64,000 nt of DNA from Marsupella aquatica (Eukaryota; Plantae; Marchantiophyta), in contig OZ316898.1 in the NCBI GenBank assembly GCA_973895155.1, forward strand, positions 12,113,187-12,177,186, in the 5' to 3' direction. Under the pieces are notes generated by a model. That model made no database searches. It worked only from the letters and a program-made list of their open reading frames with translations, and had not been told where the DNA came from. Both the position numbers and the translations under genes were made by a program. Below are positions 24,191 through 37,770 of the stretch, piece after piece; positions within the stretch are counted from its first letter, which is position 1; each line of letters begins with the position of its first letter.

Positions 24191-27090
24191 ATGCGTTGAA
24201 CTCATCGTCTTCCGTCAGCAATCTCATTGTCTATGGATCCTCTGACATCTAGAGATGTGCTGCCAGTTCTGAGTTCTAGGGAAAGAAAGAGATATGCCCG
24301 AAATCAACAATAAACACCATAGATTTACAAAGCAATTCGGTCAACATAGATAATTTCCTATTGTGTGCAAGCAGTATAATCTACGATTCATGTCCTGATT
24401 CCCGATACATGTGACCTGTAAGAAGAGCTCTCGAAAGTTGAAGCCGACTAGGGTTTTGATGGGACTATGGCACTCAAACAAGGAAGCGTCTTTCACCATG
24501 ATCCATCCACTGTTCGTGACAGGCTTACGGACAGAACTTAGAGACGTCGTTCGTAACTTGTCCGATTCAAGAGCCAAGCTAAATGATCCACGTTTGGAAC
24601 ACACCAAGGCTTGGCGGGACTTATAGCGAGGAGAGTCAAGCAGACCGAAATTAACGCAGCAGCATAGCACACGGTAACGATTTGGTGTGCTCTCACAGCT
24701 GGAAGTAAAAACATTCAAGCGTAAATTGTGGCGGGCCCACTTTAATCCTTCATTTCAGATATTTCGAAGCTTAAGCTTGGATAATGGAGAAACTGGTCTA
24801 GATTTCCCATGATTTGGGAAACTAGCATCTGCTAGACTCCAAGTAGCTTCGGGGAAATCCAAAACTTTTCGATCGACGTGAAAATGTCAAATTACGTTGG
24901 TTGTAGATGCTTTCCTTTCATATATTACCGGATTGTGTTACATTGAGCACGACATTTCTCCTCAACTTTTGGGGAGTTGATAACGAAAAGTTGCTACAGA
25001 TTAACGGCGACGACCCCGAGGCTTGGCAATTGCAGCGCGCGGGGCAATGGTTCCGGTAAACTGCTCATGGTCAACCAGTAAGTTACTAGCTAGCAGATAG
25101 AGAGGGTCAAAGTCCCGGAGCAGACAGGTTGATTTAACAATAGAATGAACGTGCCCGACAGCCGCAACGAAGAATCTGCATCGAATGGTGATCGAGCGTC
25201 CTCGCATCATGAACCACTTGCAAGCTCGCATTGGTGTCTTAGGTTCAATGGTGCTCTCGAACTCTACTTTACAGGTGATTGGAATGGATGCTTCGCCACC
25301 AGTGAATTGTATCATTCTGGAGTAATAGGCTGAAATGCTCGCGTATCGAGTGCACGACGGGTCGCAGCCATGTGTCTAGGTCTCATAAAACAAGCTAACA
25401 GTACCACTCCAAAAATACATGACAAGAAGACAGAAAAGCCACAAAGTACGGCGGACTGCGGACACATACGGCGAGATAGATAATGCTCAGATGTGCCGTC
25501 AAATGCCGGATTCGGGGCTCAGGTGAGGGCTATGTGGATGCTGTATTCCAATATTGGGGATTAGTTTAGGCTCACACTAAATCCACTTCTGGAAAAAGTC
25601 AATGGTTGAACCTTCCTCAGTTCCGCCTACATCGAGAGAAGTTAACAATTATTTTCACGAAGGGGTTACGCTTTCAAGATCGAGCTACTTACGCCATCGA
25701 CTTTTGATAACCTGGACAGCTCTCGTCTAGAGTCCGTTGTAGCCCTACATAGCTGACGAGGAAAGTAATTATTTGGCTCTAGAATGGTTTCGTGGATGTA
25801 CCAGCTTCCTACTGTCCTTCAGCCGTAGCCGCAATGATTTAAATGTGATGCTTGAGAGTCAACTCACGGGACAAATTTTGTTTAAAAGTAGTGAGCAGAA
25901 ACCGTAGACACAAATTCGATCTCCCGCATCTGGCGCGGATATAAAAAGCAAAAGAAAATCGAAGATCTCGGACGAGGCTGCGCTAATATGATGATGAGTA
26001 ATTGAATACCATGTGGAGGTTAGCCATGCGCAACGCGAGAAGTCCGACGATCTGCAAAGGTGGTTGTCAAGTTCCCACGTCGCGCGATCACGTTTCGAAG
26101 GACGCAGCATATTCTTCCAAGCGAGCCACACCCCTGGGTTAGTGGGTTGATGTCGAAACCTTTTGCGAGAGAGATCAAAGAGAAGTCAAATGCTTTAATT
26201 TAAGAAATCTGGTCCGACATCTGGATAACTATCTTGAATCATTTCTCTGCAGACTAATCTGCTGTGGATGTCAGTCTTGAGAGTCTAATTATCAATCACT
26301 TGAGGGATTAGCTTTATGTACGGCACTGAGATTACTTTGCATCTTTAGGGACGGCCCTTGTTCACAATCATGTCGCGTTCCTGGAAGGCAGTCAACTAGC
26401 GATGATTTGTTGCTGTGTCTCCCGACTGTATGAGTCTTTTTCTTGTCGCAAGTTTCGTCATGGCATGTTTGTGTGTTGAGTTGTTGAGTGAGACTTCGCA
26501 GCCTGCACCTGGCTTGCAGTACAGAAAGATACTTTGTTAGTAGACCTCAATCTCCTTTTCAAGCGGACTATAAGAGCAAGACTGCAGGATTTGTCTAAGG
26601 TGCCATCCTTAGTAACACCACCAAATAAGCTGTTTGACGTGTGCCTTCCAAAGCTATGGGTGGTCTCTACTACTGAGCTGTCATCAGCTGTCACTACAGT
26701 TGATTGAAGAATGTTGTACACCTTAGAGATATATTCTTTGATGTGAAATATAATTCCTAAATCTAATAAACTCACATGTATCTTTGATATTTTATATTAT
26801 TCTTGATTACCCTACCCCTCACATACTTTTCGAGGTTGCTTCAAGTTCAAATTGCTTGTTCAGTCAAATGAGAGTTGCTTTATTCAGCTTAGGTTAGAAC
26901 TCTTTGCTTAGTTGTGGCCTCCATATTTTTTTCTTTCTATGGCTTGACATGGGTCACACTGCCCCTAATCGAGTATCAGCTTAGTGCTAGTTTAAAATCA
27001 TGTTTATAAACTGGGAGCCAAGTGACAATAACTAAAGCAACATGGATTTTTCATTTCTTGGTTATTACCTTAATGGTCATGAGTAGTATC

Positions 27091-27165
27091 ACCTGAGTTA
27101 GACTAACTACGGTTAGCTATAGAGTCACAAGAATAAGAGCAATAACTAACAAATTCCCCCTTGAC
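27091..27165 (-). repeat. Truncated Copia 3' LTR (61 bp) with polypurine tract
   Basis: PPT GTCAAGGGGGAATT then TGTTAGTTATTGCTC on the minus strand. Homology to the 5' LTR stops at 27091. Confidence 0.85.
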
Positions 27166-30100
27166 TCTTGTTTTGGGGACATGACTAATTGCTACCATGT
27201 GGAATCCTCAGCGAGAAGTTCTAGACAATCACCTAAACAAATCTTCCCCTAAAAACCACAAGGGTTAACTAAGGGTTAACTAGAACTAAGCCATAGCCAA
27301 ACTGGATTGAGTAATCCAGATACAAATAGTCACAAACTTGCTAAGTAACTCTACTTGTGCTACAATTGCAAAACCTACAAAGTAGCACGGTGTCTTGAGA
27401 AACTCTCCAAATGAATCACTTTGGTAAAGGCATCAGCGGGATTGAGATTTCCATCAATCTTGACTAGCTCAAAAGTTTTATCAGACACTGCTTGCTTGAT
27501 AAAATGGTACCTGATATCAATGTGCTTCACCCTGCTATCCATGACCTGGTTAGCAGCCAAGTGAAGAGCACTCTGACTATCATAGTTTAGAGTCATCTTG
27601 CCATGCTCTAAACTCATATCTGTGATCAACTTGTCCAACCAAATTGCTTCCTTTGCCGCTTCTGCTGCTGCAACATACTCTGCTTCTGTAGTAGACTGAG
27701 AGATACACTTCTGCAAGGTAGACTTCCAACTTATACATTCTCCTCCAAGAGTAAATACATACTCAGTTGTAGATCTCCTTCTATCCAAATAGCCTCCACA
27801 GTCAGAATCTACATAGCCAACCAACGCAAGTGGTTGTATCTGATCTGCCATCAGATAGTAATCCATAGTCCTGTGTTCCCTTTAGATACTTGAGAATCCA
27901 TTTCACAACTTCCCAATGTACCTTCCTTGGATTTGACATGAATCTACTAACCTTCCCCATTGCTAGGGCCAAATCAGGCCTAGTACAAGTCATCAAATAC
28001 ATCAGACTGCCTACTGCCTTCTCATAAGGAATCTTAGTCATCACCACAGCATCTATAGGAGAGAAATCCGATGATAATGTGAAGCTAAAAGAATACTCAC
28101 TGGCTTATAATCCTCCATATTGAATCGTGCAAGTACCTTCCTTGCATACTTGCCTTGATTCAAGCACAACTGTCCAGTATTAGAGTTCCTAAAAATCTCC
28201 ATTCCTAAGATCCTCTTGGCCTTACCAAAATCCTTTGACCTGCATTCAGAACTCAATTTTGCCTTGAGTCTGTCAACCTCAGATTGATCTTTAGCCACAA
28301 TCAGCATGTCATCCACATAGAGAACCAGAATAATGAAACCAAACACATCATTCTTGACTGATTTTGTATACACACAAGGATCATACACCATCCTTGTAAA
28401 ACCTTGAGCAAGCATGAAATTATCAAACCGTTTGTTCCACTGTCTAGGAGCTTACTTCAATCCATACAAGGACTTGAGCAATCTGCAAACTAAGTTCTCT
28501 TGGCCCTTCTTCATAAAGCCTACTAGTTGTCTCATGACGATCATCTCTTCCAAGTTGCCATAGAGATTTAAAGCAATAACAACGTCCATCTGACCCATCA
28601 CCAGACCCAAAAACACAACAAACTAACACAAGATCCAAATTGTGAAATACTTAGCCACCGGTGAAAAGATCTCATTGTAATCCACTCCTTTCTCTTGAGT
28701 GAATCCCTTGCCAACAAGCCTTGCCTTATAGATCTTGTCTCCACCCTTTGAAGGACTGTCCTTCAACTTGTAAATCCACTTGTTGTCCACCACTTGTTGA
28801 CCTCTTGGAAGCTCCACCAGCTCTCATGTCCTGTTGTCACTCAAAGATTGCAACTCCCTCTGCATTGCTGCATTCCACTCATGCTTATGCTCTGAAACAC
28901 AAGCCTCACTGTACAAAGAAAGCTCTCCTTCTTCCAAGATCAAAGTCAAATCATCATCATTAGGTGCAATGTCAATATCATCTAGCTTCTAGATGAGTCT
29001 GCCCATTGATCATACCTGGTAGGAGCTCTAGTAGAACGACTGGAAGTTCTTCTAGTAGATGATTCAAGCTGATCTGCTACTACTGCTGGCTAAATTTGAG
29101 TTACGCCAGCAACAATCTGCTTCTCTTGTTCCATCACAAGAACCAGCTCCATGCTCGGAGCTTCTCCATCTCTCCTGTCATGAACATCATCATGATTAAT
29201 CTCCCCCTTAACCCGATCTGGGATGGGATTTCCTCTTGTCAGTATGAGAGTCCTGAGAATTCTCCCCTTCTTTTGATGATCTGGATTCATTAAAGGATAT
29301 ATCTCTACTGACAATTAGCTTACGGGTTACTGGATCCCATAACCTATAACCCGTCACACCTTTGACTTGGACTCCAACTTGGATCAAAGCTAGGAAGGTG
29401 TAAGCACATAGGCATCACATCCAAAAATCCTCAGATGTGAGTAATCTGTTGGACGCCCGTACCTCATTTCAAATGGCGTCTTGAATCCAATAGAACTTGA
29501 TGGAGAGAAATTTATCAAATAAGATGCAGTGTTGACAATTTCAGCCCAAAGCTCATGTGGTAAGCATGATTGACTCAACATACTCCTCGAGTGTTCCAAT
29601 AGTGTTCGGTTGAGCCTCTCAGAAACACCATTTTGCTGAGGAGTATAACTTGTTGTGAGATGACATGTAATCCCCTGCTCTTTATAATACGTTCCAAATT
29701 CACTAGAACCGTATTCACCGTCATTATTCGATCAAATATATCTCACCTTATTACCAATCTGATTCTCAACTTGGGCTTTCCACTCCTTAAAAGTGGCAAA
29801 AACATCAAACTTATTATGTAGAAAATATATCCACACATACCTTGAGTAATTGTCAATGAACGTGACATAATAAAGTCTTCCAAAATGTGAGGGAGTAGGG
29901 GCTGGTCCCCACACATCAATATGTACATACTCAAGTACCTCCTTGCTGGTGTGAGTTCCTGCTCCGAAGGGTTTCTTGTGTTGCTTTTCAAGCACACAAT
30001 GCTCCTAGAATTCTAACTTACAAGATTGCAAATTAGAAAGAAATCCCTTTTTCTGAAGAACAACCAAAATTTTTTCACTCACGTGACTCAATCTGAAGTG

Positions 30101-31183
30101 TCACAGCCGGGCCGTCTCCTCATGAGATAAGGTTATATTGGCTTCATCACAGACTACATTGCCCTCCAAAATGTATAGATTTTTATGCCACTTTCATTTC
30201 AACACAACTTTAGTACCTGTTGAAACCTAAAGGACACCATTAGCAGTAACTCCACTGATGACCATTTGCTTCTAACATTCCAAGTGAAATGAGATTTTTC
30301 ATCATGCCAGGAATATGTCTCACATTTCGCACTGTTCTTATAACACTATCACACATCTGTAATCTCACAGATCCAAGTCCAACTACTTGGCATGGGATTC
30401 CATTTCCCATCAACACTGAACTATTGGAAATCGTGTAAGAATTGAAAAACTCTCTTCTATAGCAAATATGAAAGGTACAAGCACTATCTAGTATCCAACC
30501 ATCATCTCCCTGATGTGATACTACGTTGAGGACAAAGTAATGGCATCACAAAATATCATCATCGAGTAAATCTACCTCATGTGCGCTGGATGTTGCATTA
30601 GCTGATGGGGTAGAGTCCTTTACTCAACAATCCTTTTTTGGGTGGCCAGGCTTGCCACATATCCAACATGCTTGAGGCTTCCTCTCTTGCGATTTCCCTC
30701 TAGATTTAGATCTCCCCCTTAACTTAGATCTAAACCTGTTCTCTCCATTTGTCCATTGCGTAGACCTCCCACGATTCACAATCAACACGCAGGACTGGAT
30801 GAAGATATTGTTTGGGCTTGACCCAGTTTCTTCTGTGTATCATCAGACAATAGAGAAGTCACCACCTCATCATACAAAATGGACTTCAAATCTCTGTACA
30901 AGAGCACTTGTTTCAAGCCCTGATAAGATGGCGGTAAGGAGCTTAGCAGAAGCAAGGCCTTATCCTCATCTTCAACTCCCTTACCCAGTTTTGATAGATC
31001 CACCGCTAGGCTGTCAAACTCATCTAGGTGATCTTGCAACTTGCTCCCTTCCTTGAGCCTGAGGCTCATCAAGAGAGATTTCTTGTACAGCCAGTCTGAT
31101 GCATCTCCTGTAATACTTCTCTCTGAAGGCCTTGAAGAGTGATGCACAATCCGCATAATCATCCAGCTTCTTGATGATATGCG

Positions 31184-31479
31184 CTCGGGGGTTTCACTTC
31201 CACAAAAATGGCATATCACGTGCGATGAAGGATAGGATCATTTTATTGGTTGTAAGGGAAGACTTAAGAATTTTTGTAGAAGAACAATAGGGTCTTTTAA
31301 ATTCAATTTTGAGACTTATAAGAATATTAGGGCCTTTTTAATCCAGTTTTTGGAATATTCCAAAAATATTCCAACTTTATAGGGGTTAAAAATTAATATT
31401 TTTTCTTACATTTTAGGGGGTCCAAGGCCTAAAAATGTCGCAGGTGATGGGGAGGTCCCCATGTAGTGAGACCCCCGAG
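31184..31479 (-). mobile_element. MITE (CTCGGGGGT family) inserted in Copia gag
   Basis: Perfect TSD GATATGCG (31176-31183, 31480-31487). Confidence 0.95.
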
Positions 31480-32968
31480 GATATGCGGCTTGAGGTAAAG
31501 CATCACCGCATTGATAGCAATCACCTACTCCTATCTCCACTGCTTCATAGAAATCTCCTCCTCTCTATCATACTGCTTTTGCGTAGAGAGGAGATGATCT
31601 AAGCCCATGGCACAAAGAACACCCTTCACTTGCTTCTCCCATAGCAAGTAATCAGTATGGCCATCGTACTTCTCCACCTTAAACTTCACTCCTCTGAACC
31701 TCGCCATCTTTCTCTTCTTCCCAACTATTGGCAGCTCTAGTAGTAGAACAGCTTCCTCCACTGCATGCGCGCCGCACCGGTGATCGTATCGGTGACACTT
31801 CTTCCTCCTCAAACGGTACAAGCTCTTCCTCAAACACTACGTCTGACCGACGCAAATTTGAAGCTTCACCGATTCCAATTCTCCCAGTCTCTTCCGAGTC
31901 ACTCATATGAGAGAATCACAAAAAAATGTATGTGGGCTGTGGACCGTGACTAGCCACGCAACCAAATTGTGAGAGGCCACAGACCGTGCAATGTGGGTGC
32001 TAGCCAAGCTACAAGAGACCATAGGCCACAGGCTGTGAGTGCCTCCCCACCAAGCTGCAAGAGGCCACAAGCTATGGGCTGTGGGTGATTACCCACACAA
32101 ACCAAACTGCAAGAGGCCACAGGCCGTGGGCTGTGGGTGCCAACCCACCAAGACTCTCTTTGCTCAAGTCATGCACTAAACACGCCGCAACTGACGGGAA
32201 AATCACTATTCACTATTTGTTGTTTCCTCTCTGCCCTAAGTCACAGCCGCCTCGCTACTCCATAGTGCCTTATCTCGTCGCGTGCCAACAACATAATTCA
32301 CCAACATTCAACGTTGTTTCTAATGCCATCGCTGCTTTACACCATAAAATAACTAGTTGCCAATGGAAAATGTTGCCAAATTGCACCGACACAGTCTGCA
32401 AGCTCAACAAAGAAAAACTTCCATAACGTCGCCTTAACTCCGCGTCATGTGCCAATCCCAGACTCAAAATGACCGCCTCGCTGCAATCTCATCATTGAGC
32501 CCTGGCTAGCACTTTGCATTTTCTTCTTCGAGTTGAGCGTCACAACAAGTAACCCGGTTCAGGGAAAAACAAGCACCATAGCTTCTAAAAAAACCAGAAC
32601 TCAACTCCTACTTGTTACGTCACACTCGCACCGCAAGCGCCAGCAAACCAGGTGCCAAAACAACCAGCTCGCTTCAACCTACAACTTGAGCTATAACATG
32701 TGATGTCTCCCACACCGCACAGCTCACACCATTGCAAAAACAAACTCTGGTCTCTCCCACAAAAAACCGTTGAATACAAAACTTTACAAACAAACATTTT
32801 CTATGATTACTCCTCACTCAAAAATCCGATTGATGATTTCTAACCGCCATTAAAAAGCCCTCTCAACGATCTATCTGATGAGCCCACCACCATCAAGTTT
32901 CATGCGATGAATTCCCGAGATCTTCAAACCATCAACTACATAAGAAATTCTTGTCACCTCCCAAGCAT

Positions 32969-32980
32969 GCTCTAATACCA
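32969..32980 (-). promoter_or_regulatory. Primer-binding site (tRNA-iMet)
   Basis: TGGTATTAGAGC on the minus strand, one C>T change from canonical TGGTATCAGAGC, 2 nt from the LTR end. Confidence 0.9.
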
Positions 32981-32982
32981 CT

Positions 32983-33274
32983 TGTTGGGGATAATCCCTA
33001 TCCAAGACACCATGCACATGTGAACACCATACAAAGTAGTCGACACAGCGAGTACGTGGTTCACCTCACGACTAAGGCTACGTCCACGGGAAAATAAGAG
33101 ACCTTTACTTCTTTCTTGCTCCACTCCAACAATGAGCTGAAGATCCACCAGGGACTGGCACCAGCCCTAGCTATATACACAACAACACTACCGCTAACCT
33201 TCGCCAAGTGTTAACCTGAGTTAGACTAACTACGGTTAGCTATAGAGTCACAACACTAAGAGCAATAACTAACA
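32983..33274 (-). repeat. Copia 5' LTR (292 bp, TG...CA)
   Basis: Minus strand reads TGTTAGTTATTGC...CCCCAACA, directly followed by the PBS. Its first ~61 bp match 27091-27151. Confidence 0.9.
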
Positions 33275-33621
33275 GTAGGGTTGCCTTCTTGGGGTGGTTG
33301 AGGTCCCAGTTGACCATGAAGAGCCACCCCAAATGGGGCAAGCCATACTAGTGGCTACCACCAGTAGACCGTAGTCGTCATTTAGGTTCAAGGTGAAAAA
33401 TAATTAAATTGCAAAAAAATTGTCAGCCAACGCACAAATTTGACCTTGCTATGGTTCAAGTTGGGAAATGTTTATTACGGTCCGTGAAATAGTTGAATCA
33501 AATTTTTTTACAGTCTGTTTTCACTCGCTTTTATTGGGGATTTATTGATCCCACCTCACACTGTGACATTTTTTCCGGCTGTTCAAACACACACGGCACA
33601 CAATTTGGCATGGTGAAGGAC

Positions 33622-34993
33622 AGTCGTGGAACTCGACTACCTTAACACTTAGCTCCGGCGTTGTTGACTCCAACGTCAAGCTCCCTTATGGTCCAGGCCC
33701 GGAGAGGCCATCCGGGGAGGACTTAGCATGGGGAGACTAGTGGGCAATGAGACATGACACTAGCAAAGGCAAGGAGCCAAGCTGGTGACACACACTAAGG
33801 ACTTAGGCGAGCTGAGAGATGGTCGGGTCAAGGGAAAAGGGGTCGGACTCAAGATCGACCATCCGGGCCCCGGACGGACTTTGAGTTTTGAGGGCTTGAG
33901 TGTGAGCTCCTCTTGGGCCCAAGGCCAATGCTCGGGGGCCTCAATCAAAGGGGTGTCCCATATCACGCTCAAAGTTTTGGGGGAATAAACACCCCAAAAG
34001 TTAAGTCAATAATTTTTTTAAAGGAATTTTTTAACCCCTAACTTATTAGAATATTCCAAGAATATTCTTCCAATATTTGATTTTAAAAAACCCTATGATT
34101 CTTATAATTCTCAACATTGGATTAAAATAACCCTATTGTTCTTCAACAAGAATTTAAAAGTATTTCACTAAACTCACTAAAAAAACCCTATACTTATTTG
34201 CGCGTGATGGGTCGGAAGAAAAGAAATGAGGACCTTGGGGGCCAATGGAGTTGACGCCATGGGCAACGGACGCTTGGGGCATGAGTTAGGGCCCGATCCG
34301 GGTTTGGCCGATCGGGGACCCCGAGTGACAATGAGATCTGAGGGCCTAGGCATGAGCACTAGGTCGGCCCAATCACAACAGGCTAAGGCACTCCGCTTGC
34401 GGACGCCTAATGAGAGAGTTATTGGCGTTGCCAGTTGGTGGCGTGCCCAGTGGCGTGCCCACTATGCGCGATAGGATCCGGGTTGGAGGCCAAATGTTTA
34501 GAGACCAAAGTTGGTCCGGGGTGGCAGATCTCCAGAAGCATATATGAGTGGTGTCTCCCTGGGGTCCAAGGGCGAGCCGAAGTCGTGAGTCGCGACGGTT
34601 GCAACACTAAGGGAAAGTGCCAAATGGAAACGGCGATATCTTCCCAACGGGAAGTCTGTTGGAGTACTTCCTGGGTGCGTTGGAAAGCTCTTGAGGAGGG
34701 CTACGTCCTCCTGAGCTCATCTGGGTCTGGGGGTGCCATGGGTTCTCAAGGTTTGTGGGTGTTAGCTCGCCCGCTTGCCAAATCCTGCCAAATAGCAGCC
34801 AAGTCGCATTCAGTATCCCAAGGGAGCTTGCATTGGGGAGGCAAGACCAATAGGCATGGAGGTTGAGTTCCAAGGGTGCTTGGCCCCTAGAGCATCAGTG
34901 GGGCAAGAACCGGGAGTTGGTTGCTAGAGTCGGGGTCATTCTGGTCCTGGCACATTGGGACAAGCTTTAGGACAAGCTACGCTATTTGGGCCA
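33622..34993 (+). repeat. Left arm of a ~1.06-kb inverted repeat pair
   Basis: GGAACTCGACTACCTTAACACTTAGCTCC...GGACAAGCTACGCTATTTGGGCCA is the reverse complement, with divergence, of 37771-39799. Confidence 0.9.
33931..34239 (+). mobile_element. MITE, second subfamily
   Basis: Starts CTCGGGGGCCTCA. TSD GGCCAATG (33923-33930, 34240-34247). The empty site is present in the inverted arm at ~39490. Confidence 0.85.
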
Positions 34994-35386
34994 TGAACAT
35001 GTCCTGGGGTCAGGGTGGTCAGTCGGTGATGGATAGGTACGAGGGGGAACCCGGGCCGCGCCCAAGGAAGGAGTTGTTCTAGACGAATAGTGGGCGTGGG
35101 TTCTGGTTCCGGCTTATGGCATCGGGAGGACCTATCGTTGACCTATTTAGCAATGTCTGTTGAGCTTGAGTTAGGATGCTAAACTTGGTGAGTTCTAGAT
35201 CCTAAAGGGTTACTTACCAAGATGCTTGATTACTTGTGCAGGCAGTGAGGAACGTTGAGTAGCGGTCGTGTTGGAGAGCAAGTGCGGCTTCGTATGGGAG
35301 AGGCCGCGGGCGATGCAAGGGGCACTAGATTGCTTGCTTGAAGTATTTCGTGGAGGCATCGGGCACCAGGCTGGGGCACTTAGGCG

Positions 35387-35683
35387 CTCAGGGGTCTCAC
35401 TATACTGAGACCTCCCCATCGCCTGCGACGTTTTTAGGCCTCGGACCCCCTAAAATGTAAGAAATTTTTTTAATTTTTTAACCCCTATAAAGTTGGAATA
35501 TTCTTGGAATATTCTAAAAATTGGATTAAAAAGACGCTAATGTTCTTATAAGTCTCAAAATTGAATTTAAAAGACCCTATTGTTCTTCTACAAAAATTCT
35601 TAAGTCTTCCCTTAGAACCAATAAAATGACCCTATCCTTCGTCGCACGTGATATGCCATTTTTGTGGAAGTGAAACCCCCGAG
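35387..35683 (+). mobile_element. MITE (CTCGGGGGT family), 297 bp
   Basis: Near-identical to 18508-18804. Perfect TSD CTTAGGCG (35379-35386, 35684-35691). Confidence 0.95.
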
Positions 35684-36668
35684 CTTAGGCGTGAGTGCTA
35701 GGATTGGTGAGGGCGTTGGGTGGCAAGGTGCACCACTAAGACCGTGATGCGGTATGTAATTTTGAGAGCACAATTCATGGCTCATAGGCCTTGAGACAGA
35801 CCCATAGGAGGACAATCATGAGAGACAGTTTTAATATTTCATGGAGAATGCAGGATGTGTTATCAAGATATTGAAAGCCACATCATTTGCAAGCAAATGG
35901 AGGCCTACTTCATTGACTAATTCAACGCATCTAGGTCAGAAGACTAAATCCAAACAAAATATATGTGAAAAAATCACAGAATTGTGACCCTTAAATTGAG
36001 AAGAGCATTCCTGAAGGCAAAATGCTCTTAAGTGACATCAAGCTTCTCTCAATAAATATACTACTACTCAGCTGACTACATTCTAAACTACGTGGAACAC
36101 TCTACACCCTCCAAACTGCTCAAAATTCTCATGGGGCTCATCCATAGTGTTGTTTGATACTCGTCCGAGCTTCTTGAAGCATCGCAGCCTCCTCCTGTTA
36201 TAAATGCCTCGATAAACGCCCGTCAAAATTTCACAAAACATTGTTGATGACGCGGCAAACATGTGCACCAACCTTGTCTTGTACATGCAGTAGAGCTGGC
36301 GCAAGGTGATTCCGCATTGCTGGGAGGAGGCGTTGTCTCCTTTGCGATTGGTTGGGCGGACTGTTATTGGTAAGGTTATTGGGAGTGTCAAATGCTTGGA
36401 CTCCAGCTAGTATTTTTCCTGTGGACTGGATGAAAGCTGGAAAAAAATCTTGGCAAGAACCTGCAAGGCAATTGCAAACACATCCGCTCCAACAGATTCA
36501 AACAAAAGCTCATTGCCAAAGCAAGTTCTAAAAGCCTCCTTTGATGCATTGGTCCAATTTCTCACATTGACCGTGCAGTAGAGTGTCTGATAATGCATAC
36601 ATTGGGGTCCATGAGGTGGGTTTGAAGGATCCTTGGGCGTGGACGAGAAGAGTGACTTGCATACCATT

Positions 36669-36967
36669 CCTGGGGTCCTCGCTTATTTCCTTGCTACCCA
36701 TCATGTGAAAGCAAGTATAGGGTTTGTTTATTGGGTTGAGAAGAATACTTTTAAATTTATGTAGAAGAACATTAGGGGTTTTTTAAATCCAATTTAAAGA
36801 ATTCTAAGAGAAGATAGGGTTTTAGAAATGAATTTTGGGAACATTTTTAGAATATTCTAGAAAGATAGGGGTAAAAAATAGTTCAAATTTTCCTAATTTT
36901 TTAGGGTGTATAATAGCTAAAAATGTCAAGCGTGTTATGAGACCCCCTTTAGAGTGAGGCCCACAAG
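36669..36967 (-). mobile_element. MITE, second subfamily (related to 33931-34239)
   Basis: Degenerate TIRs. Perfect TSD ATACCATT (36661-36668, 36968-36975). Confidence 0.8.
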
Positions 36968-37770
36968 ATACCATTGTATCATAGTTGACATGTAGGACAT
37001 GGCAGCAAGCAGAATGGTTGTTGTCCACTGGTGTCAAGCTTGAATCCGCGTTTGACATGGAGCTCCTTACACCAGTCCAACAGAGTGAATGAGAAACAAT
37101 AGTTACCCAAATCCACACAAAAGGAGTTGAGGCAGAGAGCAAAGTCACTTCAAATTAACACAATGCAAGAGACCAATATGAGTTGGTCCTACCCAGGGGC
37201 CTAACAGGCAAGCCAAACTCTATCCCTAGAGTAAGATCCAGTATTATCTTCCTGTTGTGACTTCATTATCGATTATGCTCCTCACATTCTCATTGAGATG
37301 TTTTTGGAACACGTACCCAAGGTGTTCTAAATCAAGATTGTATCATGTACCTCCAAGTGGGAGTAGATGTTGACGTTTAACCTCCAATTCCTTTCCCTTG
37401 AGTGTACTTGATTGCCACTTGTGGGTTTCAAACCCATAATATCAGCCCAAACTCCAATTAGTCATTGAACATTGAGCACATACAAGGAGAAAACAACCTC
37501 TCTTGAAATCCTTCAATTAATCTTGCATTCCAAAATGTCTCCTTGCAAAACAACTATAGAACTACACAATGCAAAGGGCTACTGCTAATGACTAACTAAC
37601 TGTCACAAATAAAAATGGAAGCCTCAAGTTTAAATAAAATCCAAGCTACAAGAGCTTCAACACTTTCTCTCAGGTGTAGACCTACAAGTATGGGATTGTA
37701 ATGTACTAGGGATCCGTAAGATACGTTTGAAAGTTGGTAGGACCACTATTAATGATGTGTGTAAAATTAT

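Larger units (their letters stand above)
27091..33274 (-). mobile_element. Decayed Ty1/Copia LTR retrotransposon (Tnt1-like organisation, tRNA-iMet PBS)
   Basis: Minus-strand order: gag (VKFKVEKYDG..YLLWEKQVKG; zinc knuckle CWICGKPGHPKKDC ~30630-30670), protease (WILDSACTFH ~30480), integrase (VHIDVWGP..YYVTFIDNYSR), RT (YKARLVGKGFTQEKGVDY; LYVDDML), RNase H (GYVDSD..STTEAEY..KHIDIRYH). Many stops and frameshifts. Confidence 0.97.

Noticed and set aside
19300-26900. A second host gene from short ORFs (e.g. 24341..24718, 25001..25315)
   Set aside because: No recognisable domain or consistent exon chain. A non-coding or small-exon gene cannot be excluded.
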